Positions 27,045-40,230 of a DNA stretch of 64,000 nt are shown in pieces. Numbering within the stretch: position 1 is the stretch's first letter; each line of letters begins with the position of its first letter. The notes beneath the pieces were generated by a model. The model searched no databases. It was not told the origin of the DNA and worked only from the letters and a program-made list of their open reading frames with translations. Location: positions 23,994,001 to 24,058,000 of the forward strand of contig OX597821.1 of the NCBI GenBank assembly GCA_951406725.2, written 5' to 3'. This DNA is from Octopus vulgaris (lineage: Eukaryota). The translations under genes and the position numbers were made by a program.

Positions 27045-27576
27045 CATACACACACACACATACATGCAGACATACATATACACATACACCGAGTAAAAAA
27101 TTACACTGAATCGACCATACATACATACACACATACATACATACACACATACATAGATACATACACACACACACATACATGCAGACATACATATACACAT
27201 ACACCGAGTAAAAAATTACGATGAATCGGCCATACATACATACACACACACATACTTACACACACACACATACATAGATACATGCATACATACATATACA
27301 CATACATGCATACATACATATACACATACACCGAGTAAAAAATCAGTTATCTCTCTCTTTCACACATTACTCTCTCTGTCTCTTCACACACACTAACAGA
27401 AGCACTTCACTTACACAACATACTGTCTGTCTCCCACACCCCATCAAACACACACAGGCCGATTTCAAAGTGAAACCTTCTCGTCATAAAATCGCTTCCT
27501 CTTAGTCTCTTTCGCTCTCATTACTTATGTAAAAAAATAAAAGATTTTTACGGAAATCGACGGAAATCTGCGCTAC
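26706..27576. repeat. ~200-bp inverted repeat enclosing a compound tandem array
   Basis: 26706-26909 is the reverse complement of 27375-27576. The spacer has four CACATACACCGAGTA-anchored units within microsatellite. Confidence 0.9.
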
Positions 27577-28309
27577 GACATGCGAAACTTCGCCAAAAGG
27601 TTTGTTGCTATTATTATTACTGTTTGACTATTGTAATCACGTTTGTTGGTTCCTCGTCAGGGAAACGTTGTTGTGTGTTGCATTTGTTAAATAATTGTAA
27701 ACCGTAACCCTCCCCCTTTCGGAGAAGGGGCTTTGGTTATTGTTTAAAAATTGAATTGTGTCCCTGTTTAGGGAAATTGACATTATTTTCACCGTCTTTA
27801 CGGAAGCATTTTTGTTAAAATGCCTTCGATAGAAGAAAGTCCACTTCTATACAAGAGGGAGGACAAGATCCAATTGATCGAAATTGCGAGAGACGGGCCT
27901 ACAATTCCAGTCTGTTATATATTTTGAGTATTGTTATCACTAGCGATATCAAGATATAACTTTGTATTTTGTATTTTATGTGTAGATGTATATAGATAGA
28001 TGTACATGTAATATGTACACATATATATACACATATATACATGCATAATATATCTACCCATACACACATACGCACACACACACACACACATACATAGGGG
28101 CAGGTGTGGCTGTGTGGTAACAAACTACGTTCCAAACACATGGTCCTGGGTTCAGTCCCACTGTGTGGTGACTTGGCATGTGTCTTCTGCTGTAGCTTCA
28201 GACCAACAAAAGCCTTCTCAGTGGATTTTGTACATATATACAGGCATACATACATATATATATATACATGCATACGTACATATTCGGCATAAACACTCTA
28301 CCACTACAA

Positions 28310-30155
28310 CTAATAACTGTTGGGAACACTTTCAAACCTGCCTTACATTCGAACCAGAATCTCAAAAACATTGTCCCCTTCAGCGCCAAGCTCAACTGCT
28401 CTATCCTGACATAGAAGGTATCAGCAATGAAATCTATAACAAAACACTCATTGACGTTGAAGACAGAATTGCTAAACTGGGTGGAAATGAATTGTCGACG
28501 TATGGCCTGCCACAAGCATTCAGGTCAGGGTCAAATAGCCTTCCCACTGCTGTCATTCGTGAAACAACCTACCACACTCAAGCGCTTTCAAAGTACATTG
28601 TTGAAAATGAGCCTAAATTACTTCCGGACCAGCTGCAGGCCTACAGAACTATTCTTAACAGTGTACACCAACGCGAGGGACGAATCTTCTTCCTCGATGC
28701 TCCTGGAGGGACAGGAAAAACATTTATTACAAAGCTTCTCCTTGCAGAAGTTAGGTAGCATCAGGACATTGCAGTAGCTGTAGCCTCCTCTGGCATTGCA
28801 GCTACTTTGTTACCCGGTGGCAGGACAGCACACTCAACTTTTAAACTCCCTCTCAATTTAGCAGCATCCGAAATGCCTTCATGCAACATCAACAAAAGCT
28901 CAGATCAGGGACAAGTACTTAAAATGTGTCATCTAATTGTCTAGGATGAGTGCACTATGGCACACAAGGGAGCTTTGGAAGCATTAGATAGAGCCCTGAA
29001 AGACATCCGAGACTGTCAGGCTCCAATGGGAGGTGTAACGCTTCTGTTGTCAGGTGATTTCAGGCAAACTCTTGTCATTCCGAAAGGCACAAGAGCAGAT
29101 GAAGTTCAAGCATGCCTAAAGTCCTCTACCCTGTGGCATCATGTTACAATCTTTAGTCTTACCACTAACATGAGAGCTCAGCTACACGGCAACAAAATGT
29201 CCACAAAGTTTGCACAGGACATTTTGACACTTGGTGAAGGCAAGATGCCTCTCGATGCTGCAGTACAAATGGAAGTGTGGTCATTTTCCTCTGTTGTTAA
29301 TCCTGTAGATGACCTCAAAAACAAAGTATTTCCCAACTTCACGCAAAACTACCAAAATCACAATTGACTGTGTGAAAGAGCAATATTAGCTCCAAAAAAC
29401 GTCGCTGTTAACAAAATTAATCAACAGCTAATGCATTCTCTTCCCGGCACTATACACACTTACAAGTCTATTGATATAATTCCAGATATAAATGAAGTTG
29501 TGAACTATCCTCCTGAATTTCTCAATTCACTGGAGCCCTCCTCGACTACCTCTACACATATTACCACTTAAAGTTGGAACTCCTGTAATGCTACTCCGCA
29601 ATCTGGAACCACCAAAACTTTGCAATGTAACACGACTGGTGATAAAGAAAATGATATTACACGTTATCGAGGTGATCATTCTTTCTGGATGTGGAAAAGG
29701 TGATAACGTCTTTATTCCAAGATTTCCTCTTACTCCACCAGGAACAGAAATTCCATTTACATTCAGAAGACTGCAATTCCCGCTTCGTGTCAGCTTTGCC
29801 ATGTCCATTAACAAATCTCAGGATCAAACCCTCTCTGTAGCTGGTCTTCTCTTGGAAGAGCCCTGCTTCTCGCATAGGCAACTGTTCAAGAGTAGGAACC
29901 AAAAGAAACCTTTTTGTATATGCTCCACAAGGAAAAACAAGGAACATTATTTACAACGAGGTGTTATAATCTCAACAGCCAGGAGGTATATACATGATCC
30001 CCTTTTTTTAACAAACTTCATGTACTTTCATGTATTTATATTAATATACATATATTTCTGTGTGTGTGTGTGTGTGTGTATCCATATATATATATAACAG
30101 AAAAGTCTAATTCTTATATTGAATGTAACCGGGCAACGCCGGGTATCTCTGCTAG
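28310..30155 (+). mobile_element. Helitron 3' half with PIF1-family helicase pseudogene
   Basis: FFLDAPGGTGKT (Walker A), ASSGIAATLL.GGRTAHS.FKLPL, DECTM (Walker B), GDFRQ, FRRLQFPLRVSFAMSINKSQ. In-frame stops. Terminal hairpin ACCGGGCAACGCCGGGT plus CTAG|T. Confidence 0.95.
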
Positions 30156-30571
30156 TAATAAATTGTTTAACTAGATCTTCTGTTTTGTTCTGCACTCGGA
30201 TGTGCACTCTGTAAATTATTCAAATGTATATAATATCAAAAGAAAATCAGAGAACAAATAAGGCTTAATTCACGTCTATCTTGATTGAATTTCAGATAGA
30301 CGTGAATTTACATTGATGTCTTATCCAACCTCATTCGAAATAGCAATTTTTCAATGCATACATACATACATACATACATGAAAAAAAACCTCCAAAAAAC
30401 ACAGAAACACTTGGTGTCCCAAGTTGTAATGAATATGTAGATTATGTCACATTTTTGTAGAAGATATCATACTGGTGATCCGCAGCTTCACAATAATGTC
30501 TTCAAGATACTACTTCCAATGTGACACGACATTGTCGCTAAGACAATATACAATAGCGTCTGAAAAAATAA

Positions 30572-30954
30572 CTACCAACCACACGGTTCCGGGTTCAGTC
30601 CCACTGCGTGGCACCTTGGGAAAGTGTCTTCTACTATAGCCTCGGGACGACCAAAGCCTTGTGAGTGGATTTGGTAGACGGAAACTGAAAGAAGCCCGTC
30701 GTATATATGTATATGTATATATGCGTGTGTGTGTTTGTGTGTCTGTGTTTGTTCCCCTAGCATTGCTTGACAACCGATGCTGGTGTGTTTATGTCCCCGT
30801 TACTTAGCGGTTCGGCAAAAGAGACCGATAGAATAAGTACTGGGCTTAGAAAAAAGAATAAGTCCCGGGGTCGAGTTGCTCGATTAAAGGCGGTGCTCCA
30901 GCATGGCCGCAGTCAAAGGACTGAAACAAGTAAAAGAGTAAAGAGTAAAGAGTA
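30572..30954 (+). mobile_element. SINE family A (5'-truncated)
   Basis: Family match. Confidence 0.9.
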
Positions 30955-30983
30955 CCCGGGATAAATATAAAGAAGCATCTATT

Positions 30984-31078
<95 letters not shown>

Positions 31079-31551
31079 TATTACTACCCTTCTTGTTTAT
31101 ATTCGCATATTACATGATGGATTTATTCGTAAAATTCTTCCCGGCATGCCCTATACTGCCGTGTAAGTTTTGCGTCTGCGCAGAGATTTGAAAAGTTAAG
31201 ATCTGCTAGTAGTCGAGATCAACACATGGTCCCACATTGCTGCAGACCTCGATTCAATCTAGGCGACTCTGATTGAATCGAGGTCATATTCTGTGTTTTG
31301 CTAGAAAGAAGCAGAAACCGTGCGGTTCGAGTTGTTAAAGTTATCGGTAAACGTTTTTGATTTTCACTCTCGATAAATTCATCCCCTTTTTGTGTTCCCA
31401 GCACTCGGCATCTTAATTTAGGAGCCCTTAATTGTATAACTACATGAATAATATTTTTCTATATGAATAATATTTTTGTCTTATGACTAATTCGTCTTTT
31501 GTGCTGGGTACCTGGTAGTAAATAATATTACTACCCTTCTTGTTTATATTC

Positions 31552-31616
<65 letters not shown>

Positions 31617-32124
31617 CGTCAACAAAATGAATACTGCTGGAGCATTTCAATCAATTCTATCTAGTGTGAACAGACCAGGCCGGATCCTGATGTTTGGGAC
31701 AAGCAAGAAAAGTTTACATGCCACCATAGAGGTCAGCTGCCCTGCTAATGTGAATATCTTCGAAAATCAAAGGGAAAGAGGAAAACTACGAACAACTGCT
31801 TCTAAATCTAGATTATAAATCCACATTTATACTAAAAATTGGTTTCTTGGTTTTGTGAGTTACGATCCGGATAAGCTAAGCTTTTCAGAAAAAGAAATCA
31901 ACCAACAAACTCGCACACTACAAATACTATCTGCAAGCAGAACAGTAAAAATATGCAAGATTTTTCTCAAGTTCAAAATGTGAAATTATTTTTGTTATAT
32001 ACCTTCCAACGACTGAGCTAAGAACCTGTGTTGGACTCCACATCCTTCCTTACAGGGAGATTTCAAATACTTAAAACTAGAAGAGAACATGCATACATAC
32101 ATACATACATACATATATACATAA

Positions 32125-32219
<95 letters not shown>

Positions 32220-32324
32220 TAATTATCAATAATAAAGGGTGAAATTAATTAATTTAGAAATAATCATTAATTTCAACAAGTAGAGTTCGGCATGTAAAAG
32301 CCCCATTCAAGGAAGGTTTAAGTA

Positions 32325-32451
32325 ATACTAAGTAATTAAGGGTTTAGCAACGATTTGCCTCACCACACACAATGGTGTGTGAACGATTTGCCTCACCACA
32401 CACCGGTGTGTGGTGAGGCAAATCGTTGCTAAACCCTTAATTACTTAGTAT
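32325..32451. repeat. Fold-back palindrome with internal direct duplication
   Basis: ATACTAAGTAATTAAGGGTTTAGCAACGATTTGCCTCACCACACAC and its reverse complement. Inner perfect palindrome centred on ACACCGGTGT. Confidence 0.9.
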
Positions 32452-32786
32452 ATATATATATGTGTATACACGTATGTATGTATCCATGTATGTATATGTA
32501 CATATATGCATATACACACATATGTATATACATATAAATATATATACTTGTATATATGTGTGCGTGTATGTGCGTGTGTGCATGTGTGTGTGGGTGGGTG
32601 TGTGCGCGCGTGACTGTGCGCGCGTATGTGTATGAATATGTATGTCAGTATCATATATATCGCACTTCAGTTATCTGATAATTGTCTTACAAATGATATA
32701 AATAATATATATGTTGTATTTGTCAGAGATTGTAACTTCGATTTTGTTCCATAATTCTAGCTTAAAATGTTACAGACAGTAATATA

Positions 32787-32831
<45 letters not shown>

Positions 32832-33054
32832 AACATGCAATATGCAAGCACATACATACATACATACATACATACATACATACATACATACATACATACA
32901 TACATACATACATACATACATACACATTATATACATGTGTTTTATATATATGTGAATGTGTGTGTGTGTGTGTGTGTGCATTTTTGTGTATATATATATA
33001 TATATATGTATACATCTCTCTCTCTCTCTCTCTCTCTTTGTACATATATATATA

Positions 33055-33715
33055 TATCATCATCATCATTTAGCGTCCGCTTTCCATGCTAGCATGGGTT
33101 GGACGGTTTAACTGGGGTCTGTGAAGCCAGAAGGCTGCATCAGTCCCAGTCAGATCTGGCAGTGTTTCTACGGCTGGATGCCCTTCCTAACGCCAACCAC
33201 TCCGTGAGTGTAGTGGGTGCTTTTTATGTGCCACCCGCACAGGTGCCAGACGGAGCTGGCAAACGGCCACGGACGGATGGTGCTTTTTACGTGCCACCGG
33301 CACGGGGGCCAGGCGAGGCTGGCAACGGCCACGAACGGATGGTGCTTTTTACGTGCCACCAGCACGGAGGCCAGTCGGGGCGGTGCTGGCAACGGCCACG
33401 ATCGGATGGTTCGCTTATTTGTCACCGGCACTGGTATCACAGCTGCAATTTCCATTGATGTTGATCGACTTCGATTTTGGTTCTGCTTTCTGATATCTGA
33501 TTTGATTTGGTTTGATTTTGATTTTGATTTTCACTTGCCTCAACGGGTCTTCACAAGTGGAGTTTTGTGTCCCAAGAAGGAAAGGTATGTATAAGTCGAC
33601 TGGTTACATACCAGATAGAAGCCACAGGTTATGGTCTCACTAGTCTTGCCGGGTCTTCTCACGCACAGCATACTTCCATAGGTCTCGGTCTCTAGTCATT
33701 TCCTTGGTGAGACCT
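33055..33715 (-). mobile_element. RTE LINE 3' end with ~60-bp tandem repeats in the 3' UTR and (GAT)n tail
   Basis: GLTKEMTRDRDLWKYAVREKTR matches the end of the RTE at about 1545-1610. Three GGTGCTTTTTAYGTGCCACC units. Confidence 0.85.
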
Positions 33716-34044
33716 CGAACAAATCGACCCCAGGACTTATTCTTTGTAAGCCCAGTACTTATTCTATCGGTTGTCAAGCGATGGTTGGGGGACAAACACA
33801 GACAAAAAGACACACACACACACACACACACACATGTATATACACGACAGGATTCTTCCAGTTTCCGTCTACTAAATCCATTCACAAGGGCTTTGGTCGG
33901 CCCGAAGCTATAGTAGAAGACACTTACCCTAGGTGCCACGCAGTGAAGCTGAACCCGGAAGCATATGGTTAGTAAGCAAGCTTCTTACCACAGCCAATCG
34001 GGTAATTACTTTTACTGTTTCTCGGACCGAGAAGCTAGAAAAAT

Positions 34045-34360
34045 ATCATATAGAAGAATAGCTTTACAGAATCCAGGTGACTTCGATGGCACTGAAAAGG
34101 CTGCAGGTCAAGTGGGACATCAATTTATCACTGTTCCTTGAATAGGCGGTATGCCAAAGGAGAACTGAAAGATTCAGTTTGAGCGTGAATGAATAACTAC
34201 ATCATATAGAAGAATAGCAATCCAGAATCCAGGTGACTGTGCGACGGCACTGAGAAGGCCACAGGTGAAGTTGAAGATCCATTTGTCACGGTTTCTTTTG
34301 ACATTTGAATAGGCCGTATGCCCAAGAAGAACTGAAAGATTCAGTTTCGAATCTGAACCA
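34045..34360. repeat. Two diverged ~155-bp tandem units; third copy at 35248-35372
   Basis: CATATAGAAGAATAGC..CAGAATCCAGGTGACT..GGCACTGA anchors at about 34048, 34204 and 35251. Confidence 0.85.
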
Positions 34361-34408
34361 GGTTGAGACTACGACTACAGATTTAGGTTTACTCGTCCTG
34401 TATGTGTG

Positions 34409-34975
34409 TGTAGTGATCCTATACAACAGCGCGCGCGAGCAACGCCCTCTCGCGAATACACGAAGTCCGGAGGAGGGAATTTTGCTGACGTGGCCTTAGC
34501 TTATAGAGGCAAGGGAGCGTGAGCCTTAACAAAGAGGCAAGGGAGCGTAAAGCGTTGACCATTAGCGTCCGGAGACAGCGGCAGACAGCGGCAGGCTTTT
34601 CATAGAAGCAGACGTTTAATTCGCTCTCTCTCCGGTTTTGATAGCAGCAGTCTTTTGGCCGAAGACTTTTAACCTGAATTGTTGCAGTCAAAATCATCTT
34701 CTTCCTCCGGACGCCATTTTGACCCGTTCTGTTTTTAGCGGCTGAACATTGTAAATATTACAATCGATTAACTTTCAGCCTTGCGCGCCCAGAACCAAGG
34801 ACATCAGATATACCACTGATTTCTCACCGGTATAAAACAATAAAGTATATCTATTTTTTACGTCTGCGTTTTGTGTTTCTTTGACTGGTAGAGTCTGGAT
34901 ATAAAAGCAACGGAAAGTGATTGCACCAACTTGCACCCCAAAAGTGCAAGAGGAGATATTCACATATTCCTTACA
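34409..34975 (+). mobile_element. Candidate solo LTR
   Basis: TGTA..TACA termini, 4-bp flanking duplication TGTG, CpG-rich interior, AATAAA at about 34838. Confidence 0.6.
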
Positions 34976-35042
34976 TGTGTATTATATAAGAGTAAAACAT
35001 GTCATAATTGAAGTAGAAAAAAGATGGATTTCATATATGAAC

Positions 35043-35240
35043 TTCTGTTTGTTCTTCAAGTTGCATTCCAGCAACTTTTAGTGTTTGGCCCTGACTTTTA
35101 TTAATGTTCATGGCAAAAGAAACTGTAAGGGCTTAAATTTGAATGGGACATTAGATGGTATAACTGGTATGTGAGGAACGAAGACGGTGTCACGTTTACC
35201 ACAACCAGTGAGAATATTTGCCTCAATGTAGTTCCTCATA
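35043..35240 (-). pseudogene. Helitron helicase C-terminal fragment
   Basis: IEANILTGCGKRDTVFVPHIPVIPSNVPFKFKPLQF, then MNINKSQGQTLKVAG after a frameshift. Confidence 0.85.
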
Positions 35241-35384
35241 GTTCCTACATCATATAGAAGAATAGCAATCCAGAATCCAGGTGACTGTGCGACGGCACTG
35301 AGAAGGCCACAGGTGAAGTTGAAGATCCATTTGTCACGGTTTCTTTTGGCATTTGAATAGGCCGTATGCCCATATATATATATA

Positions 35385-36278
35385 CGTGGCTTGATCAATA
35401 AATATCCGGACTGTATCCATAGTAACGAAGCTAAAACACGCAGAGTGAAGCCACTTGGCACAAATTGACCTAAAATTCTTTGTGCATGCGCACTAAGTTT
35501 TAACGTTCAAGCATACTTCCGCTGTTTACTGTAGTACTTGGAAGTAACGTGTGTAACGTGTAATCGTCGCATTGACTATGATGGAGAAAGTTGAGCAGAG
35601 AATCTGCATCGAATTTTGCCAAAAGCTTGGGGATACCTACTCAGAGGCCTACGCAAAGTTTCCAATGAGTTTTCATCGTTCTCGACACAATCAAGGAGAT
35701 CTTGTGCAATTGAAACCCCGAGAGTCATTTTGGTCAGCTGAAAGCAGTTTTGGCACAAAGTTGGTAGACACGCGTCTCATACCCAAATCTTCCGTGATAA
35801 TGGATTGAACTGAACCGTAACTAATCTGCACATCCTCTGATAACTCACGGATTGTGATTCGACGATTTCCCCTCACAGCTGCATGCACATCTACCATGTT
35901 TTCCTCAGCTCTGCTGGTTGCGGGTCTCCCAGAACATTCGTCTCTATCAACACTTTTCCGGCCATCTTGGAAACGTCTGAGCCACTCGTACATTTGTGTG
36001 CGAGTGATACACTTTTCTCCATACACTTTCTGCAACTTTGCCCAGGCCTCTGAGCAGGTGTCACCGTGAAAACTTTCTCTGTCATGGTCAATGTGACGAT
36101 CACACGTTACACGTTAATTCCAAGCACTGCTGCAAACAGGGGATGTGAACTAGAACGTTAAAACTTTATGTGCATGTACAGCACAGTTCAAGGTCAATCT
36201 GTGCCAAGCGGCTTCACTGTGCGTGCTTTAGCTTCGTTACTATAGCAACAGTCCGGATACTTATTGATCAGATTTCGT
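35385..36278. mobile_element. Mariner-derived element built from two inverted 5' ends
   Basis: TIRs TGATCAATAAATATCCGGACTG / CAGTCCGGATACTTATTGATCA. + strand MEKVEQRICIEFCQKLG; - strand LQKVYG..YEW..RF..GR..V....SGRP..FVPKLLS. Confidence 0.88.
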
Positions 36279-36649
36279 GTATATATAGCGTAAGGTGTTT
36301 GGTCCTGACTTTTATTAATGTTCATGGCAAAAGAAACTGTAAGGGCTTATGCATATGTCTTATACTATAGCCTCGGGCCAATCAAAGCGCTGAGTGGATA
36401 TGGTAGACAGAAACTGAAATAAGCACGTCATATGTGTGTGCGTGTGTGTGTGTGTGTGTCTGTCTGTGTCTGTGTCTGTGTCTGTGTGCGTGAGTGTGTA
36501 TGTGTGCGTATGCGTGTGTGTGAGTGTGTGTGTATGTATATATATAATAGTAGGGAATATAATTCCAAACTTACAGGGAAAAATTCAATTTAGCAATTCT
36601 AAATAAAATTTCATAATATATAATATATGTATATGATTAAGAGTAAAAC

Positions 36650-36899
36650 CCTCAATTAAGCAATTCAATAGTGAAATACATTATCCATTTTAAATAGAAA
36701 AAAAATTAAATATACTATAATAAATATTATTTTTAAAAATCAATAAATTAAATAAACATAAAATTGACTACGCGCGTGGTCAATTTAATGTTTATTTAAT
36801 TTATTGATTTTTTAAAAAATAATATTTATTATAGTATATTTAAATTTTTTTCTATTTAATATGGATAATGTATTTCACTATTGAATTGCTTAATAGAGG
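36650..36899. repeat. ~250-bp AT-rich near-perfect palindrome
   Basis: Arms of about 124 bp, centre GACTACGCGCGTGGTC at 36766-36781. Confidence 0.92.
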
Positions 36900-36941
36900 T
36901 TATTTCTCTTAATTATATTCATACATACATACATACATACA

Positions 36942-37027
<86 letters not shown>

Positions 37028-37279
37028 CCATTCTTTCAACCTATTTTTTCCAATTATTCGCCATGGTAGACCGCTGAAATCTACAAATTTTTTTCATTCT
37101 CTCTGTTTGTTTTCTCTTATTCTTTTCTGTTAAAGACTGTAGGCTCGAAAGGTAAAAGACTTTTCCATTTTCCCGAGCGTCAAACTAATACACTTGTTGT
37201 TCATACACCTGTCTTCGTCTTTTGTTTTTCTATAAATTTCGACTATATGCATATGTATATGTTTATCTGTGTGTGTATA

Positions 37280-37314
<35 letters not shown>

Positions 37315-37321
<7 letters not shown>

Positions 37322-37861
37322 TAAGGGGGAACCACTATGTGGAAGGCCTTACGCTAGAAAGAGATCCGCATAGGTCTCAACCACTAAGAATTGTTCTCCA
37401 GAAAGTTTAGCACACCAGAAACGTAAACGAGCAAGACAAATGAAAAATAACAAAAATATAGATTAATCCCAAACAAGTGTGTCACTATTAATAAATTACG
37501 TAATTTTACGTACACAATTTATCTGTAGATCGTCAGTGAGATCCTTTCAGTTAGATATAATTTGTAGAACTACATGCCAGATATCAACACGAGGTCGAAA
37601 ATGCATGTAGTTCCACCTATTATATCTGCGGTTATTTTCAAAAGTTCTCGTTTAGGCGCGCTAAATTACCGGAAATAAATACTGCATAAATAATTCACTG
37701 CGGTAGTTTTCGTCGCTTTGAGAATTTAAAATTAAAATCAAATAAATTTAATTAAATAAACATTAAAAATCAAAATGGAGAACGAGTCTTAGTGGTTGAG
37801 ACCTATGCGGATCTCTTTCTAGTGTAAGGTCTTCCACATAGTGGTCCCCCCTTATATTTAT
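37315..37861. repeat. ~86-bp inverted repeats about 375 bp apart
   Basis: 37315-37400 versus 37776-37861. The arm is related to the 49100/49565 direct repeats. Confidence 0.85.
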
Positions 37862-37977
37862 GTATTAAATCCTATTTACTGAATCTCAGTTTTTTATATG
37901 CTAGACCACTGGTGTTAAATTGATGTTATTAAATCAATATCTAATTTTCACCCTCATTTTGATTTTAATTCTCTCTA

Positions 37978-38013
<36 letters not shown>

Positions 38014-38043
38014 TGTATGTATGTATGTATGTATGCATGCATG

Positions 38044-38100
<57 letters not shown>

Positions 38101-38214
38101 TTATGTGTGTGTGTGCATCAAGTATAACCGATACGCAAAAAAATACGGAATATCCAGTATACGAAATAGAAAATGAATGATTTAATATTATGAATCCTAT
38201 GAACTTAGTAGAAA

Positions 38215-38253
38215 ACATTGCCGTCGGTTTCACGCTTTGCGATCATCAGATGT
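38215..38253 (-). ncRNA. Minimal hammerhead, U16.1-to-C mutant
   Basis: ACAT-CTGATGA-TCGC AAA GCGT-GAAA-CCG A CGG-CA-ATGT. Confidence 0.65.
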
Positions 38254-38594
38254 GTTCGTTCTTCGAATGTGAAACAGGCTGCAACTTCCGCTTCATCCTG
38301 GTCACATGCTGGTCCAAATCCAAATCGATAGATCTGATTATCGCAAACAATTGCTTGTCCGAAGAGACAGTAATTCAAATGATCGTAATATATAGTTCTA
38401 TGGATACTGAATGTTTGAAAACTGAAAGGTGGGACGGTCTCATAAGACACCACTGCAACAGTTATCCGAAAATTCGAACGATATTTATAGTGTATCTTTC
38501 TGCTATATGCATATGGTCTGAAAATTAGGATTAGAGTGGGTAGTCTATTCCATCGACCTCCAAAGCACAATGGTACTTACTTTTACTTTTACTT

Positions 38595-39001
38595 TACTTT
38601 ACTTTAACTTGTTTCAGTCATTTGACTGCGGCCATGCTGGAGCACCGCCTTTAATCGAACCACTCGACCCCGGGACTTATTCTTTTGTAAACCCAGTACT
38701 TATTCTATCGGTCTCTTTTGTCGAACCGCTAAGTGACGGGGACATAAACACACCAGCATCGGTTGTCAAGCAATGCTAGGGGGACAAACACAGACACACA
38801 AACACACACATACATATATATATATATATACATATATACGACAAGCTTCTTTCAGTTTCCGTCTACCAAATCCACTCACAAGGCATTGGTCGGCCCGGGG
38901 CTATAGCAGAAGACACTTGCCCAAGATGCCACGCAGTGGGACTGAACCCGGAACCATGTGGTTGGTTAGCAAGCTACTTACCACACAGCCACTCCTGCGC
39001 C
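38595..39001 (-). mobile_element. SINE family A
   Basis: Family match, full length. Confidence 0.93.
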
Positions 39002-39211
39002 TATACTTATTTTATCGATCTCGAAACGATGAAAAGTAAAATCGACCTCGACGGAATTTGAATTCAGAGCATTAAGACGGACGAAATTCTGCTAACATTT
39101 TGACTAGCCTGCTAACGATTCTGTGAGCTCGTCGCCTTCCCTAGAGTATTTATTATAATATTATAAAAAATATCGAAGTTAGCAATTTACTGATTCCATT
39201 CTTCGATACGC

Positions 39212-39271
<60 letters not shown>

Positions 39272-39594
39272 TGTGTGTGTGTACGCACTTGAAACGGCAA
39301 GGGATTAAACTAACGGTCTGCATAACATTAATAATGTACATATAGAAGAAGAATGGCACCAGCTGTACTATTTTGTTTCAGAAGAACAAAGAGACTTGTG
39401 TGTTAGAAACTACAAACCTCGCTCAGAATATCATCAGACACAATGTTTCGACCTCTTTCGTTCTCTTCAAGGAACAAAACAACTCCAGGTATTCCAAACT
39501 CAGTTTTTTAATATGTAAGTTTCTCTACTGCAAAACATCACTACTAACACCGTTCAAGGTTTGTATACATAACATTATGAATCTTATACGCATG

Positions 39595-39943
39595 TATACA
39601 TACATACATACATACATGCATGCATACATACATACATACATACATACATACACATACATACATACATGCATAAATACATACATACATACATACATACATA
39701 CATACATACATACATACATACATACATACACACACACATACATACATACATACATACATACATGCATGCATACATACATACATACATACATACATACACA
39801 TACATACATACATACATACACATACATACATGCATAAATACATACATACATACATACATACATACACACACATACATACATACATACATACATACATGCA
39901 TGCACGCATACATACATACATACATACATACACATACATACAT

Positions 39944-39980
<37 letters not shown>

Positions 39981-40048
39981 TACATACATACATACATACA
40001 TACATACATACATGCATGCATGCATGCATGCATGCATGCATGCATACA

Positions 40049-40079
<31 letters not shown>

Positions 40080-40230
40080 GCATGCATGCATGCATGCATG
40101 CATGCATGCATGCATGCATACATACATACATACATACATACATACATACATACATACATACATACATACATACATACATACGTACGTACGTACGTACATA
40201 CATACATATACACACACATGTATGCGCATA
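39595..40230. repeat. Compound (TACA)n/(TGCA)n microsatellite
   Basis: Direct reading. It is the source of the spurious YIHT/MYVC ORFs. Confidence 0.97.

Noticed and set aside
28114-30097. Host PIF1 helicase gene
   Set aside because: Stops and frameshifts plus a Helitron hairpin-CTAG terminus.
33190-33410. CRISPR-like repeats with about 60-bp period
   Set aside because: Inter-repeat segments are similar to each other, they lie in an RTE 3' UTR, the context is eukaryotic and there are no cas genes.
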